NCBI GenBank assembly: GCA_035299525.1
Contig: DATGWK010000081.1
Location: 1-33,007 of the forward strand
DNA from: Candidatus Nanoarchaeia archaeon
Lineage (GTDB): Bacteria; Patescibacteriota; Minisyncoccia; Phycocordibacterales; DATGWK01
Reading direction: 5' to 3'
Length of the DNA stretch: 33,007 bases
A model generated the notes under the pieces. It was given only the letters and a program-made list of their open reading frames with translations. It did no database searches and was not told where the DNA came from. Every line of letters starts with the position of its first letter. Within the stretch, counting starts at the first letter, position 1. Positions 32,675-33,007 of this stretch are shown piece by piece. Both the position numbers and the translations under genes were made by a program.

Positions 32675-33007
32675 TCAGCCAACCAGGCTGGGAACAGTCT
32701 CTCGAAGTGGTCCTCCCTCACCCTCAGTCAGAAAGACCGGGGTTGGCGGAGGACCGATGGGCTCACCTCTTTCGATGAGAGCGAGTACGTCCCTAACCAT
32801 GCCAGAAACCTCACGAAGACTTTGGTAGCACTTGAAGCGAACTTCTGGGCAACGTAGTCCCCTGGCCATGTCCGTAACCACAGCATACCGATGTGAGACA
32901 ACCAGAAGCGGCTTCCTCCTTCCAAACACCTGAACACCGATTTGCATACCCAGACCCGTTGACCGCTCGTCAACAACGGCAACCATAAGGTCACATGCCA
33001 TGACCTG
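32675..33007 (-). CDS. hypothetical protein, C-terminal fragment (ORF open at window edge), GC-rich
   Basis: The reading frame stays open to the last base of the window. It is markedly more GC-rich than the adjacent operon. The segment VAVVDERSTGLGMQIGVQVFGRRKPLLVV is weakly reminiscent of nucleoside 2-deoxyribosyltransferase-like folds. Confidence 0.45.
   Translation of the reverse strand, partial: QVMACDLMVAVVDERSTGLGMQIGVQVFGRRKPLLVVSHRYAVVTDMARGLRCPEVRFKCYQSLREVSGMVRDVLALIERGEPIGPPPTPVFLTEGEGGPLRETVPSLVG

Noticed and set aside
1-33007. CRISPR arrays, transposases or integrases, rRNA genes, prophage modules or known defence systems.
   Set aside because: I saw no direct-repeat/spacer periodicity and no recombinase-like or Cas-like ORF in any frame. 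The only repeats noted are the two short inverted repeats at 6653/6732 and 10172/10313.

Overview
This is a 33-kb window from a roughly 40% GC, small-genome bacterium. Short proteins, tight operons and starts without a Shine-Dalgarno (SD) motif resemble Patescibacteria/CPR, but that lineage is an inference. Almost all genes are housekeeping and lie on the minus strand. In coordinate order they are: rpsF-ssb-rpsR, tatD, metG, an AI-2E permease, an M16 peptidase, glyQS, a 644-aa surface protein, recO, a 2-phosphoglycerate-kinase-like P-loop protein, ileS, a NUDIX hydrolase, argS and dut-tmk-glyA. glyA is divergent from a double-length thyX-like gene, which is convergent with a long-form dcd. Next come secE-nusG-rplK, a SIMPL protein, a SAM methyltransferase, a PG-binding/acidic-repeat protein, MGMT, PAP2 (+), and a gyaR-gpmA-pyk-eno operon. 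I saw no rRNA, CRISPR array, transposase or integrase. Six things deserve a second look. (1) IleRS carries an intact histidine-phosphatase domain inserted in its catalytic core. (2) A plus-strand mini-locus (10136-10364) has a near-consensus promoter and a 17-nt seed plus hairpin. The seed is complementary to the anticodon arm of a non-canonical tRNA-like element with G3-U70 about 125 nt downstream. (3) Four short GC-rich cassettes (about 55-60% GC by eye) sit in intergenic gaps. Three carry their own sigma70-like promoter, and their ORFs have SD-like motifs; all end in strong terminators. They encode an orphan 197-aa His/Cys-rich protein, a structured RNA upstream of ileS, a 58-aa hyper-acidic peptide, and a truncated ORF at the window edge. 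(4) The window holds a complete dCTP-to-dTDP gene cluster, including a tandem-duplicated ThyX with complementary motif loss. (5) The pyruvate kinase is a minimal form lacking the B and C domains. (6) Native genes appear to use leaderless or SD-less starts with extended -10 promoters. Hand-derived coordinates are good to a few nt.
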